From Eremomyces bilateralis CBS 781.70 (Eukaryota), in the NCBI GenBank assembly GCA_010015585.1, contig ML975160.1: a DNA stretch of 64,000 nt, one strand, 5' to 3'. Each line of letters starts with the position of its first letter. Position 1 is the stretch's first letter. Below, piece by piece: positions 49,746 through 62,009 of the stretch. Below the pieces are notes generated by a model. The model was given only the letters and a program-made list of their open reading frames with translations. It searched no databases and had not been told where the DNA came from. The translations under genes were made by a program, and so were the position numbers.

Positions 49746-51053
49746 GGCTGGTGAGATTTTACATCCCCGCTAGTAATGGTGGAAATTACTCGCTTAACTG
49801 GGCCTCGCGCGCAATGTCATATCTTCTTCTGCGAACAACCTCAATATTTCAATGTATTCCTTATTAAGCCTATCTTCTTTCTACTGACGTCGCTGTCTCT
49901 TGCGCGGGCTAAGTCCTTTCCAAGCATTTGAAGCCGTCTCTGCTGCAGCGCGCTTAGGACGCTATCTATGCACATCCCCAGACCCAAAAAGGGGATTTTG
50001 AGCATTGACTTGTGCAAATTTTTCAGCGTAGAAGGCTTCTATATCTCCAAAGTGATAGTTCCATGCCATTGTTGGAGTGCAGGAAGCATACACTCCCCTT
50101 ATAGCGAGAGCCATATTCCGTGCTTCGATCAGTTCTGCCGAGTCATTTTCTTGTCCTGTCTCGGTCAAAAAATTGGTCACTGTGCCAAAGTCACTGCAGT
50201 TATGCAGAACAGGCTGAAGCCGTCGACGCTCGATGTCAGCAAAGAACTCTTCCAACGACGGAGGTTGCCAAGTAGGCTGAAGAGGGGAAGGTATCGGGAC
50301 AGGTGTATGGGTCAACATAGACTGGTTATCTAGTGATGTCTTAATTGAACTCCTCCTATTCAAGTGCTTCTCTCTGATTGCCTTCCTCTCGCTGCGGATA
50401 TCGGTGGCAGAGACTAGCGTTTCCGGGTCCTCCTTTTGAATAGCAGCCATTATCTGCATCGGCCGTACCCCCGCATGTGTCATTGATTTAATTATGTCTT
50501 TCTATACTGATATACGCCTGCGATAGACATTATGCGCACTAGGGTTAAGTGATCGGGGGTGGTTATGATGCTTGTGTATAATCTCTAGCTTCCACTGGTC
50601 GTCGCTTTTGTTCTTGAATACAACAAGCCTAAAGATACACCCTATTGTGCGTGTGCTTGTACTTAGAATCCTTGCTCTTGACTGATAGTTTCTGGATCGA
50701 TCACAGTGATAGTAATATTGCGTCTTTATATCAGAATGTTGAGGTTTGCTCCGGTTGAGTATGAAGCCGTAACATGCTGCATGCCATGGATCTTGAGAGC
50801 ATTATAGGCTTCTTCATAGGACCCGTGAAGACTATCTGGAGGAGGGGCGAAATCCTCTATGCTGAGGTCTATAAGAGAAGGAATAGATTGAACATTGATA
50901 ACTAATTGAAGTTGTCCCTAGGCGAAGACGATTAGACAAAGGAAATTGCGCGCTAGGCCCAGTTAAGTGATTAATTTCCACCATTACTAGCGGGGATGTA
51001 AAATCTCACGGGGATGTAAAATCTCAAAAACGGGATGTAAAATCTCACCAGCC
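49746..51053 (-). mobile_element. Non-autonomous MULE (Mutator-like) element with TIRs, internally deleted
   Basis: TIR GGCTGGTGAGATTTTACATCCCCGCTAGTAATGGTGGAAATTA at 49746, and its reverse complement ending at 51053. Interior encodes a decayed FAR1-like N-terminus (YYYHCDRS...GCIF...HKHHNHP...AGVRPMQI). No DDE core and no clear TSD. Confidence 0.8.
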
Positions 51054-51432
51054 TTGTTGTTGTCCAAGTTACCAAGTAGGCAAGTAGGGCTTGGCAGCGC
51101 ACGGATCCCTTTTCTGGTGGTGGAAGTCAGGGTGGCGCATCCGCAGCCTTCGGCGTCGCGATAACCACTGACGGTGAAGTCCTGGGGCATATGCTCATTT
51201 GCTATGGGCGGAGGGCCTTTGAGTGGAAAGCTTCTGGGAAGAAGGAGTATCAAAATGAGGACCGCTTATGAGCAGAGATACGGAGTGTTGATAATTATCT
51301 CGTTATACCAGACGTGCCAAGCCCTCGATGATTACTAAGGAATAAATTCGCAGTAAGGTTTCAGGGCTTCAGCCCGTCTGGCTACTTTTTGTACAGAACG
51401 TGCAACGATTTGTATGCAACAATAAATAAGGA

Positions 51433-52447
51433 TTATTTGTCAAAATCCAGAGGCTCTAAAGTGACAAAAACTTCCTCATCTGTTTCCTGGGGATCATTAT
51501 CATCCTCGTTATCATCTGTATCATCCCCATACTCGTTTTCGCCATCTGATGTAGTGAATATTCCCTCTGGCTGTCTCTCCGGTCGTCGTTGTATCGGTGA
51601 TACAACATCACTTTGGTCAATCGTTCTGATTGTGTCAACAGTATCTGCTCGCTTCCTCCGTCTTACTTTCCTTTTCGTTTCTTCCATCTCCAGTAGTTTC
51701 CGTGTCGTTCCGTCTTGCTCGCGCGAATACACCAAGAGCAGACATTGACGATGAAGGCGGGCCCTTGGTTGTGGCCGTTTGGCAAGAAGAGCTCGAGTCT
51801 GGAGCAATTCCGGGTGATGATTCGGCGGCCGACGCCGCTCTAACCNNNNNNNNNNAAAGGCTCGAAATCGGACTGCGTATGCTGCGCCATCGTCCATGTC
51901 CCGGAGAGTCTCCTCCAACTCTTGTCCTCGAGATCCTCTCCCCCATTTTACCTCAGACGTGCTTAGGAGCGGAGCATAAGGATGTCGAGCCAACTCGACT
52001 CGAATTTCATCTGGGAGCAGCCATTATCCAGGCGGCTTGAAAGACCAAACTTTCGGTTCCATCTTTCGTATGAAAAATATACGCGCCAGTTCGGTCCACT
52101 AACAATCGAGTCAACAAAGCGTGGATAAAGAGCTCCCGGCACGAGAAGATATGCTCTATGGCTTGTTCATCCGCTGCCCGTAGCCGTGAAATGAATTGAA
52201 ACAGCTTGGTGGTAATATGAGGTAAGTCCATGCTAACAGTCGTCTCCAGGGATCGAATATTTTGTCTAATCAAGGGCTCCGTATCATCCAGATACCCGCT
52301 TGATGCGACAGTCGGAGGCTCGCATGTTAGGATGTCCATTTGGGCGACGCGTGTTGGATTTTGGCTTCTAGTTGACTGGTGTTGATGGTCTGATGGCGAT
52401 TCCGAGCGCCTCGAAGGGAGAATTTCTGACGAGTGACCCCACTCCAC
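51433..52447 (-). other. Unassigned ORF fragments spanning an assembly gap (10 N at 51846-51855)
   Basis: Coding-like fragments with a basic/acidic C-terminal tail and no recognisable domain. The gap is directly visible. Confidence 0.3.
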
Positions 52448-55400
52448 TCCACCACAATGTGATCTGAGGTGGAAAAAATATTATGAGAAGGATAATGTGC
52501 ATCAGCAGAATGTATTTGATAGATTTTTTAGCATACTAGGCTACTTGTTGTGAGTGTTGAGCTGCTTCTGCACGACACGCCGAACGCCCATACAAATCGT
52601 TTCGGTCCTTTTACCCCAACATTATGAGTTCATTTCGATATGTCTGTGAGTAAAACTAGGTTCAAAAGATGGCCAGTAACCAAGATATATTGTCGAACAC
52701 AAGCGTACTTTTGCTGAAGCCTCACGTTGGGAGTAGAGACCGAATTGGACACTTTTTTTTGGGAAAAGGTATCATATCTTTCAACTTTTTAACACATTTT
52801 CCCCAGACGTTGTATGAAGACTTGTCTTGTATACGCCTTACCCGAAGGGGCTAAGGCGCTGATGTAAGCAAGCAAGTCGTAATCTAACGTCTGGCATTGT
52901 GAGATAAGTTGATAAGAGGAATGGTGTCGCAGTCACGTGACCCACAGCGGGAACCACTTTTCCTCCACGATGTATACTAGTTTTAGTATCATCAGACAGA
53001 TCAATACATGGTGACAGACGACCATGTCTTGTCTCAGTTTCTCAAATGGCTTCTATGACCTACAAAGAGGATGTCCAAGGCGACGAAGTCAACTTATCAG
53101 AACATGTTCATGCATTTCAACAGCAAGTACTCTAGAGTCACATGATTTGTTCCGTAACGCTAGGGAAGCAGAGTTCGGGCACATGGAAATTAGGAAAGAT
53201 AAAGATACGTGGCGCGCAATGAGAGCTCGGCCAGCCACTGTACGAGCACTTGCTCACGAGAATTTGGTTGTAGGCCATCGCAGGTTAATCAATCAAGGCC
53301 TAAGCCAGACTCTGTTAGATTATCATCTGGTTTGCAATCACAAAGAAAACTTACTCTCTTCGCCTGTTATTGCCTCCTAACTTCTTGCACAGCGCTGTCA
53401 GCTCTGGTTCGTAGGCTAACAGTATGACAGTGCAGCTTGAGCTCAAAAGTGGTATCGCTAACGTGGAACAGATTCTCGGTGCGCCGATTTCGGTAGGATG
53501 GCTGTAAAGCTTTGGAGAGGATTTTCGAAAGTTCGAATCCTAAATTTAAGGTATCAGTTGCTTGATTTCGCTCATCAGAACATGAGATATCAACACCACG
53601 ATTCGTAGACTTTGTTGAAGCGGTCCGGTGGTAATGAAGCGAAGGAGAATCGCCTCCTGAGAGGAGTCTACCAATGGCACCGTTGGTAGGAGAACGCGTA
53701 GAAAGTGCAACAGGATCTGATCTGATGGTTTTATCGGGATACATTTTACGTCATGCGAGTTACACTAAATGAAAGCAGCCAGAATAAGCTGGTTGGAGGA
53801 GAGACAATCGCCATTTCAACCACGCCCGTCTTTTGCCCCGAGACTCATTCCCAAAGTCCGACTTTGAAAGGCAGCGCTGCCACGTAGCCCCCTTGTACTT
53901 GCACTCTGCTTTTTATGCGTGACAAGGTGCCAGCGACTCTTCAACGTAACCGGGTTTCGATCAGTCGGCTTTTGCCGATTCAATTCTCTTGTGACAGTCT
54001 CCCAGTGGCATTTTATGCTTCTCGGCGAGGCGAAGAAGCAGGCTATCTTCAGCATGACTGAAGGGAATCCTCGTTCGCCGCTACTTCGCCCGGTTCGTCT
54101 CCTGCTTCCCTGGCTGATCCCTCTGGTCACTCTGACCCTTCGGATTCTGGATCTGGATCCGCAACGACTGGGTTGCTGCCGGTGCTAGCGCGGGAGCCTG
54201 TGCCCGTCCATTGTCATCAGACACGCTCAGCCCACCCTCATTTGGCGGCGAGGAGGTGGCAGGGGTCCTGTGACCTTCCACCCTAGCTGTTCCCAGGTCC
54301 CCCCGCAGCTCAACGAACCCGTCGAGCATCTCACGTGCCAGGTCGTTCGAAACCTGCTGCGATGCAAGTAATTCCGCGAGCAAGCGGTTCGTTTGATGGG
54401 AGCCGTCCGCAATCTCAGCCAGGCACTGGTTCCGAGCACCGGGAAGCACCAGGGGCCGAGCCACTGAACGCGGTTCGAATGATGAAGGAGGAGTCGGCAG
54501 TGGTGGAGGAGCAGGTGGGCGGTACGGAGCCAGCGGTGGTGACTGGCTATGCGTTCCATGTTGTTGTTGCCGCTAGGAGTGCGAAGGAAGGTCAGATCAG
54601 AAACGGCCCCAGGACACGGGAGAGGGAGAGAGGCGTGGGGGAGTGAGAGCAAGAAAGGAGAGAGAAGGAAAACGGCGCATCTGAGTAGTGCAGGTGGTAC
54701 CGAGCGCAGTAGACGTACCGCCTGAAAGCTGACATGGAGCCGTTGCATCAAAGATGGACCCTGTAACGTGCTCACAATGATCTCGTGCTCCCCTAGTGGG
54801 CCCAAATCTCCAAGGAGGCACTCCCTGAGTTCCTCCTCGTTCTCGCCCCGTACTTCCAGGATCTTGACGGCGCCAAAATCATACAGCTCCGCCTCGAAGA
54901 GCTTGCCCGGAAACCGATCTTGAAGGTGGCGTAAGGCGTCATGTGCCAGGCTGCCGTCGGCCCCAATCGCTCCAGAGGCTTCGGTTAATCTCGGATCCAG
55001 TAACAAGTCCGGCACAGCCCGGGGGAGAAAGGTAGGGGGAAGGTAGCGGCAGCAGCTGGAGCTGGAGCAGCAGTAGAAGGATAAGGATGAGGAGGAGTTG
55101 ATGGTGAAGGAGGTATCGTCAGCGGCGTCGTGGCAAGTTCGTCCGCGATGTCGAAGCCGATGCCGGGCTCCGCTAGGGAGTCCCATGTTGTGTTGTCGTC
55201 GGGTTCATCGGGTAACATCATCGTCGTGAGAGAGATCTCAAGCTGCTAGGAAAATGAGGTTGGAGGAGTTACAGCCGACGAGAGCGAAGCGGTAGGAGAA
55301 AGCAGAGGTGAGCCGGCAGTGAAAGGGGATTAATTAAAACGGTCATCATCGTCTCCTTTTAACAGTCGAACCGATCGATCGCCGCATTAGTGGGGACCGC

Positions 55401-55833
55401 CCTTCCTAACAGTCCTCGCAATACCCTCCTCTTTCTGTTTCGCTGCAATTGGTCGCAACCGTGTAGGTTGGAGAGCAGAGAGAGGTGCACCGCCGGTCGC
55501 AGGCGGGAGCCGAAGGGCTTGGGGAACCCCCAATCCAGTCTGATTTCGAGGAGAAGCAGGGCTGCGAGGGGGGAAACGCAGCGTGAATCGTTCCATTGCG
55601 AGGAGGAAGAGAGCGGTCGATTGGGCGAGGTCGGTTTGGGAGAGAATTCGTTGGGAAACAGGACACGAGGTGAAGCGGCCACCGATACCGAATTCGGACG
55701 GGGAGAAGGAGAAGAGATTTCGAAGGCGGTGGAGAATGAGAGGGCGAGTGGGATAGGGGGGATGGGGACGGGACGGAGAGGATTTTGTATTTCTGAAGAA
55801 GGATTGGAAAGATATCGACGATATGGAGGATTC

Positions 55834-55939
55834 GACATCGACGAGGCCGGGCAAAACTCCGGGTGAGAGCTTGGCGGCGCTAAACCTGAAAGAGCGGAGC
55901 TAAACCGGAAGAGGGAAATCGACCAGCTCCTCAATCTCC
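55834..55939 (+). repeat. ~105-bp dispersed repeat, copy 3
   Basis: GACATCGACGAGGCCGGGCAAAACTCCGGGTGAGAGCTTGGCGGCGCTAAACC...CCGGAAGAGGGAAATCGACCAGCTCCTC. Confidence 0.85.
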
Positions 55940-56369
55940 TCAGTTCTGGAATCCCTACTCCGTACCTGCATGAATTCTACCTTTTTCATAGTCGCATGAA
56001 CCAGCCAATGGCTTCTAATCTATTAGTGTCTCGTCCTGAGACTTGAGGCCATATTACGTCATGGTGCTTAGCATTGCCGTGGGAGCCTTTAGCTGCGCTG
56101 GTTTGCGATTCTTCCTTAAGCAAGAGGATAGCCATGAGTAGAGCGTATCCCCAAATGGGCTCTAGAGGCTATTTCGAGTTGGAAGCCCAAGCGGGCTTGA
56201 CGGTCGAATTGTCCCTATGCATCTGTGACTTAATCAGAAAGAAGAAGGATTGCGGGAATCTGGACGCCTAGCTGGCTGACCGTAGAACCCATGCTACTAT
56301 GGGACGCAGAACCCAGGGCCATTTCGGGCTCCAAGAAGACGGATTAAGATCCTTGTCTGGTAATCGACC

Positions 56370-56585
56370 TGCTCACCTATTGCTCACTGCCTCACCCAGC
56401 GCTCTCACTGCCTCACTCTCTACCCACCCAGTGCTCACTCTCTACCCACCCACGGGGCTCACCCAGTGCTCACCCACTGCTCACCCACTGCTCATCCAAT
56501 GCTCACCTATAATTTGCTCAGTGCTCTCACTACCCCTCGACTTCACCACTGCTCGCCTTAGGACTCACTGCCAAAGATCCCACTA
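56370..56585 (+). repeat. Degenerate minisatellite (TGCTCACCCAC / CTCACTGC-like units)
   Basis: Many imperfect copies of a GCTCAC(C/T) core in close succession. Confidence 0.65.
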
Positions 56586-56924
56586 AGCTGGCAAGCAAAT
56601 CACCAGTGAGCTATGCCACCCCTTATCGGTGACGCCAGCATAAGCGATACTCGCGCAGTTTCAAAGCAAGGATGCGTAGTCATGTTAATGCGAAGAACAG
56701 GCAAGGCGACGCGAAGGCAGCATTGCCAGATTCAGGTGGAAAGCGATGTACTAATAGATTTCCATTTTCAAAACGAGGAGCGTAAGTTTTCCCGATTCGG
56801 CAAGCTAAACTCTAAACGAAATTCTCCCGGACGCCGTTTGCTTCTTATGAAGGAGTAAAGTGTAAATGCTGCAATCTTAAGCTTCAGTTACTTTATCTAG
56901 TTACAAGTATTAAAGACATAGTCT

Positions 56925-57142
56925 ATAGTTATGAGTTATCTAACTAGTTAACTATAACTACAATTAGTTAATAGAATGTCAAAAAATCTTGTTAATTAAA
57001 TATTTTGGTTTCCCTCGGAAGATATTAAGTGCTACTGAACCTGTATGGATCAAAATATTTCCGTTGTCCAGAGCCAAATCCTCACAAACTTGAGGTTCAA
57101 TCCTCAGCTTTCTGCAGCATCTGCTCCAAGATCGATACGTTA
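56925..57142 (+). repeat. Element right end of unit B
   Basis: AT-rich TAGT-type tract followed by a conserved terminus. 57083-57142 matches 63849-63908 at 58 of 60 nt. Confidence 0.9.
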
Positions 57143-57149
57143 GATGCAG

Positions 57150-57537
57150 ATGGGATCAACCTAGGCGAACATACCCAGCAAGTTCTCCTGATGGGTTAAA
57201 CCCTCTCACCAACCGAACTCCATTCTCTTTGCGCAATACTACGATTTGCCGCCAGACAAAAGTAGAAGAATAATAAAAGCATAGCCATTTCTCGGGGCAT
57301 TCCGTATGCATATAAGGCTAGTTATAACTTGTGGTCGGGTCAATCTGGCCGTCGTCCCAAACAGGCCTCTGGCCTAAATGGGCTCCGCTCCCCATGCTGA
57401 CCGAGCCCAATCAGGCTCCTTAACCCAACTAGCCTTCCATCCCAGTCTAGAACTAGCCTCACGAAATAGACCCAGGCTCCCAGGCAATATGTAGCAAGGT
57501 GCCCCCTGTTGATTTCAATGCCATGGAGCAATCCTAT
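57150..57537 (+). repeat. Conserved element left end, copy 3
   Basis: Starts ATGGGATCAACCTAGGCGAACATACCCAG and aligns with copies 1 and 2 with small indels. Confidence 0.95.
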
Positions 57538-59199
57538 GCCCATAACAATGGTGGACAAATCTCAAATGCTGATCCCCATGCTTAGAATATGCCTACTTTG
57601 CACTTACGAAATCTTTCCTACTATCTCCATCTTTGAATGATATCATCTATTGCCGACCTCTGGTTATCCTGGTCTATCGAATGGGAAAGACCGTCTTAGG
57701 TTGCCTAGTGCACTTGCCTAGTGCACTTGCCTAGCAGTATTAGGCTCCGCGGTCGTTCTCCCCAAACATTCCCACGCACCGCAGCAATAGAGCATTCCAG
57801 CAGCAACTCTCCAGTCCACGTTTCTCCAGCATTTAAATCGTGGAGTATGGCATTCCAGCGTCGAAGTCCCAACGTTAACGAGCTCGACCATCGCTGAATG
57901 CCGATAACCCCCTCGAAGTTGCAGAAGCCCACAGCTGTGCGATAGGGTATGCTCTCTCATCTGCTTGTCCTCTAGCAGAACTCTTTTATCGAGTTCAACA
58001 AAAACGGTGCGCTTCCCATTCAGGACTGTCATATCTTGCTACGTGAGGCTGCGCTAGGGTCCTGTACGATCCCAATTTGGAGAACGAGCAATACTCCAAA
58101 CTTGAAGAGGCACGATACTGATCAGCACTACCGGGAGACGATAGAGCACAATCCGATAACGAACGAAGACCCAAGGAGAAGGTTTCACGGGAGAAGCGAA
58201 GGACAATAGAATGTTCTCTTTGATGGCGTGAGGGAGTTGGTGAAAAGAGCTCACTTGCTGATTTTTAGATACAGCCTAACAATCAAAACAGCCCATGAAT
58301 ACACGCAACTAACGTTACTGATTAAAGGCCTTCGCTCTGTTAGATAAGTGTCATTTCTCTAAATGGAAAGACGTCTAAAATTGGAAGTCCAAGGATCCCA
58401 AAAACGAAGAGAGTTTGGTGCTGAACATTCCGATATATGCGCTCTGGAAGGCCATACCCCTTTCTCCGATCGAGGATTTGAACATCCCATCCACGATTCC
58501 TTCCATACTTTCCTGCATCAAACACCACTATCGCAACATCCTCGCCCCCCCCCAACATCTGCATCAGCTGAAGGCCTGGGTTAAGCCGTACCTTGGACCG
58601 GAAGAGTATGAAAGGCGGCAAACAGTCAATTCCGCCTATACTCTCCTACAGTGCTGGAGGAAACTTATCGCCAAAGCCGACGTTACGATACTCTAGAAAG
58701 GTAGAGATCACGTACTAGCTACACTCGTGATGTTTTGGGGTAGAAAGGTTACCTTTATGCACCACAGGCCTATTTTAGGATGTGTAGTCGCATGTGTTGA
58801 GAGATAAAGTAGCAAACAAACCACTACTGGGGGATACACATGTGGATTAGATACCTCTTTCGTTCCTGCTTTCCTTTTCTTTTTCTTCATCTTTTTTTCG
58901 TTGTATACAAGCTGTTTTACTATGGTGAACCATCTCCATGGTCCTCCAAACTAGTACTGAGACATTTTCTGTGGCATTGGCATTTAAGGGTTCCCTGGCT
59001 GTACGCATTTTGAACCGAAGACGTCCCTAGGTATAGTTGGATCACCATTTCAACCAACTAGCTCTTGCTTTTGGGATTGTTGAGCAACGCTCTGTATAGA
59101 GTGCAATATGTGTAACTAAAGGGGTTGATGGTCTATTGGCGAAAACTGAGTAAAGTACAATATTCCTGCCTAGCTAAGAGAAACGCCTCATACATCAAC

Positions 59200-60259
59200 C
59201 TATGCTGCTAGGCGATTGAACAACTCGAATTCCATCCTTTCGGCCGCCTTTGGACCATGAAGAATGTCACCAACCATATCTGAGCCGGGCGGGAAGTCAT
59301 GCTCGAACCGAGGCTCGCCAGCACCCCTCATATTTGCTAGGACAGCCTGTCTGAAGTGCCATCGCAAAACCTGATCGACAGGTCGTTGAAGGTTATCTCG
59401 AAACTTTTGGTCAAGACACTTGCCGGCTAGACCGTTCGCATCGCGGGTGAAGAAAACAATCTTATAGTTGTCCTAAAATAATCGTTAGCCACTGCATCTC
59501 CAATTGAAATACAGAGTATCCTTACGTCGGGGTTAATTGAGAGGTTAAACATATCGAACAACTCGTGTATATCAGTTCGAAGCAACAATCCATTTTGTAC
59601 AGAGTTAATGGCTTCACCCTTCTCCGGCAGAATTGTAATCCAGCGATCGTAGCCGTTCTTCGTCCAATGGTCGTGGTAGGCTAGTGGGAAGACATGAGTA
59701 GCGTGAAACCCCGTCCAGTCGTCAAGGTCGGAATTGATTGCCTCTACTCCAGATATGACGCATCGACGATCTCGCGCACGTACAGCTGCACAGAACGGTT
59801 TGACCCGAGTTCCAGTGGTGTGAGATATCGTACGGAGAAGCCACGGCTCATTGTTGACCGAGAAAGGATCTAGTTAAAAAGCCTAGTTAGTCAAGCACAA
59901 CGAGGCAATTACATAGAAACTTACCAGCAGCAGTTATATAGTACTTCCCCGGCTGAAGCTTGCTGTCATTCCTTTCAATTTAGAAGGATATTTTTTAAAA
60001 TATTCTATTAGATTTTGGTATCGTCCTCATATCGTAATTCAAAGCTACTTGTGAACAAGACAAGAATCTCTACCATCGACAAGAAGTTGGCGTTTGTGAT
60101 ACTGTTTGTGAGGATTAGACCGCCAAGTACTGTATTCCGATCGCTGGCATCATAGATATGAACGTCTCGCCCTCGTGAGCGATCTCTTGGGGTCATAGTT
60201 TGAGTCGGATTAGAGGAGTTGGAGGGGCAGTTTGATACCGGAGAGGATAGAGACGACAT
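59200..60259 (-). pseudogene. HNH endonuclease paralog of 37382-38476, interrupted
   Basis: Shares RDVHIYDA, VLGGLILTN, RDRRCVISG, NSVQNGLLL and ERMEFELFNRLAA, and has the same two intron positions. A ~30-bp AT-rich insertion at about 59980-60010 introduces stops. Confidence 0.85.
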
Positions 60260-62009
60260 TGTAAACGTCGTGGACGCCGTAGACGTATCATATTCATGGA
60301 GACTGTAAGAGGGACCGAAGTAGGTACGGTAATTGAAAATGATGGTAAGAGTCTTCGAGAGTGGTATTGAGTATGACGATGGCAGATTGCGGAACAAAGA
60401 ATGGAGAAACCACAGCCAAGTTCACACTAAGCCCAAAGAGGCAACTTACGTACTATTTCCGTGCTGGAGTATACCTCAGCAAGCTCAGGCTATTTGCGTT
60501 CGTGCCTGAGGCAACAAACCACACTATACCTAATCGGTAAATGCAGTTCTCGAACAAATAGCCTGAGGATCCTGTCAATGACGCTCACTGATAGATCGAG
60601 AATTTGTATGTGTCTTTCACGGTTTTGGAAAATCTCACGCGGTTCATTGCCTCAGGCACTACCACAATAGCCTGAGCTTGCTGAACTTATAACCAGGTTT
60701 TTACTGTAACTGATGCCGCCGCTCAAGGCACGCCAGATGGCTATGCTAAACGGATGATGTATTAATTCTTCTCGAATATGCTTCCGTCAAAGGTCGCGGA
60801 TGAGCCCCTCGCAATTGAATGCTTTTGTTTCTCCATCCTTGGACGAACATGCGGCATCCACTGAATTGGGGATATCATCGTCCGCGTTTCCGCCCATGAC
60901 GCCAACTCGAAGCTGGGATACAGTAGGCTCCAGCATTCTGGGGACTCGCGAGTAAACACATTTTGTGCGGAAGGTTTACCATGAATACCGATCACCCTCA
61001 AGGGTGGTGCATGCGAAAATCCTTAGGTCTCGAAGTTTATTGGTTTTGAATTGACGAGTATGTTTATTCAATTCACCTTGGCCCTCCTGCTGTGCTTGCC
61101 TAAGTACCATCCACGAGCAAGATGGCACGTGTGCAGATCCTCTCTTTCTTCGCACCTTCATTAACTATATTTTTCCTAAGAATAGTAGTATGGTGACTTT
61201 GATTCGCATCGTCAAGACACGTCCGTGGACTAATGCTGCCACCTACCCTTGCGTTGGAATTGTCGTATTGAACTTGATATGAACTCTATTCAATAGCCAT
61301 TAGGGTTTCCCAAAACCAAAAATCTATTTCTGCTTAGATCTCAGCTGGGAAGGACTTCCAATGCACCCATCAGAATGCATAGCATCCAATATTCCTGGAT
61401 ATCTACCGCATCTTACCTCCACAGCAAACTCCATCTCCCTTTGCTAAGGCCAGTACCTGCGGTCCTGTCCAATTGTTTCATGTCCCCAATTCTTAATCTG
61501 TAATGACTAGGACCATGAGCGCCGTAAAGTTACGAACAGGCCAGCCTCCAACTATTTTTGGTCACGAAAGTCGATATTACTCAATATGCAAACGCATTTA
61601 TTTTCCGGGACTGCCACTTTCTCGACCCGCCTTCCCTGGATTTACCCCCCGGTCATTCATCAATCTGGCGGTTGCAAAGATATATATGGCTTACGAAATT
61701 GCATGGCCAACAAGAGACTTCAAATGCATGCAAATCGAATGAAGTAATATGGTCTCGACGATGAGCACGCGAATTAAGCTTTCCTGACCTCCATGGCCAA
61801 TGAGTGCGACTCTATCTCGGTATCGATGAACCAAGGGCTCTAATGAGATGTTTAGAACTTAAACCTGCGGTTTCCTTGGAATTTCTGGACATATCCATAT
61901 TGTCTTGAAGTGGCTGTCAATTTAGCTTGGACTATCTGGATTGTTACTTCTAGAAGAGGCGACACTATTTGATGCCAGTGGACATTCACACTGCACCAGT
62001 ATCGAAACA

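Larger units (their letters stand above)
36460..57142 (+). mobile_element. Unit B of the tandem array (20.7 kb), carries the recombinase gene
   Basis: Starts with left-end copy 2 after GATGCAG at 36453-36459. Ends ...CAAGATCGATACGTTA before GATGCAG at 57143. Confidence 0.75.

Noticed and set aside
54081..55934. GC-rich and purine-rich overlapping ORFs
   Set aside because: Low-complexity sequence with no recognisable domain. It may be a decayed gene but cannot be assigned.
56370..56585. CRISPR-like array
   Set aside because: The context is eukaryotic and the units are short and degenerate, without unique constant-length spacers.
23338..57537. The three left-end copies as LTRs of a retrotransposon
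   Set aside because: There are no TG...CA ends, no PBS or PPT, and no gag/pol between them. Their 5' edge is fixed at the GATGCAG core while the 3' edge fades out.
57718..58696. Small ORFs in unit C
   Set aside because: No motifs, and no consistent exon structure could be established.
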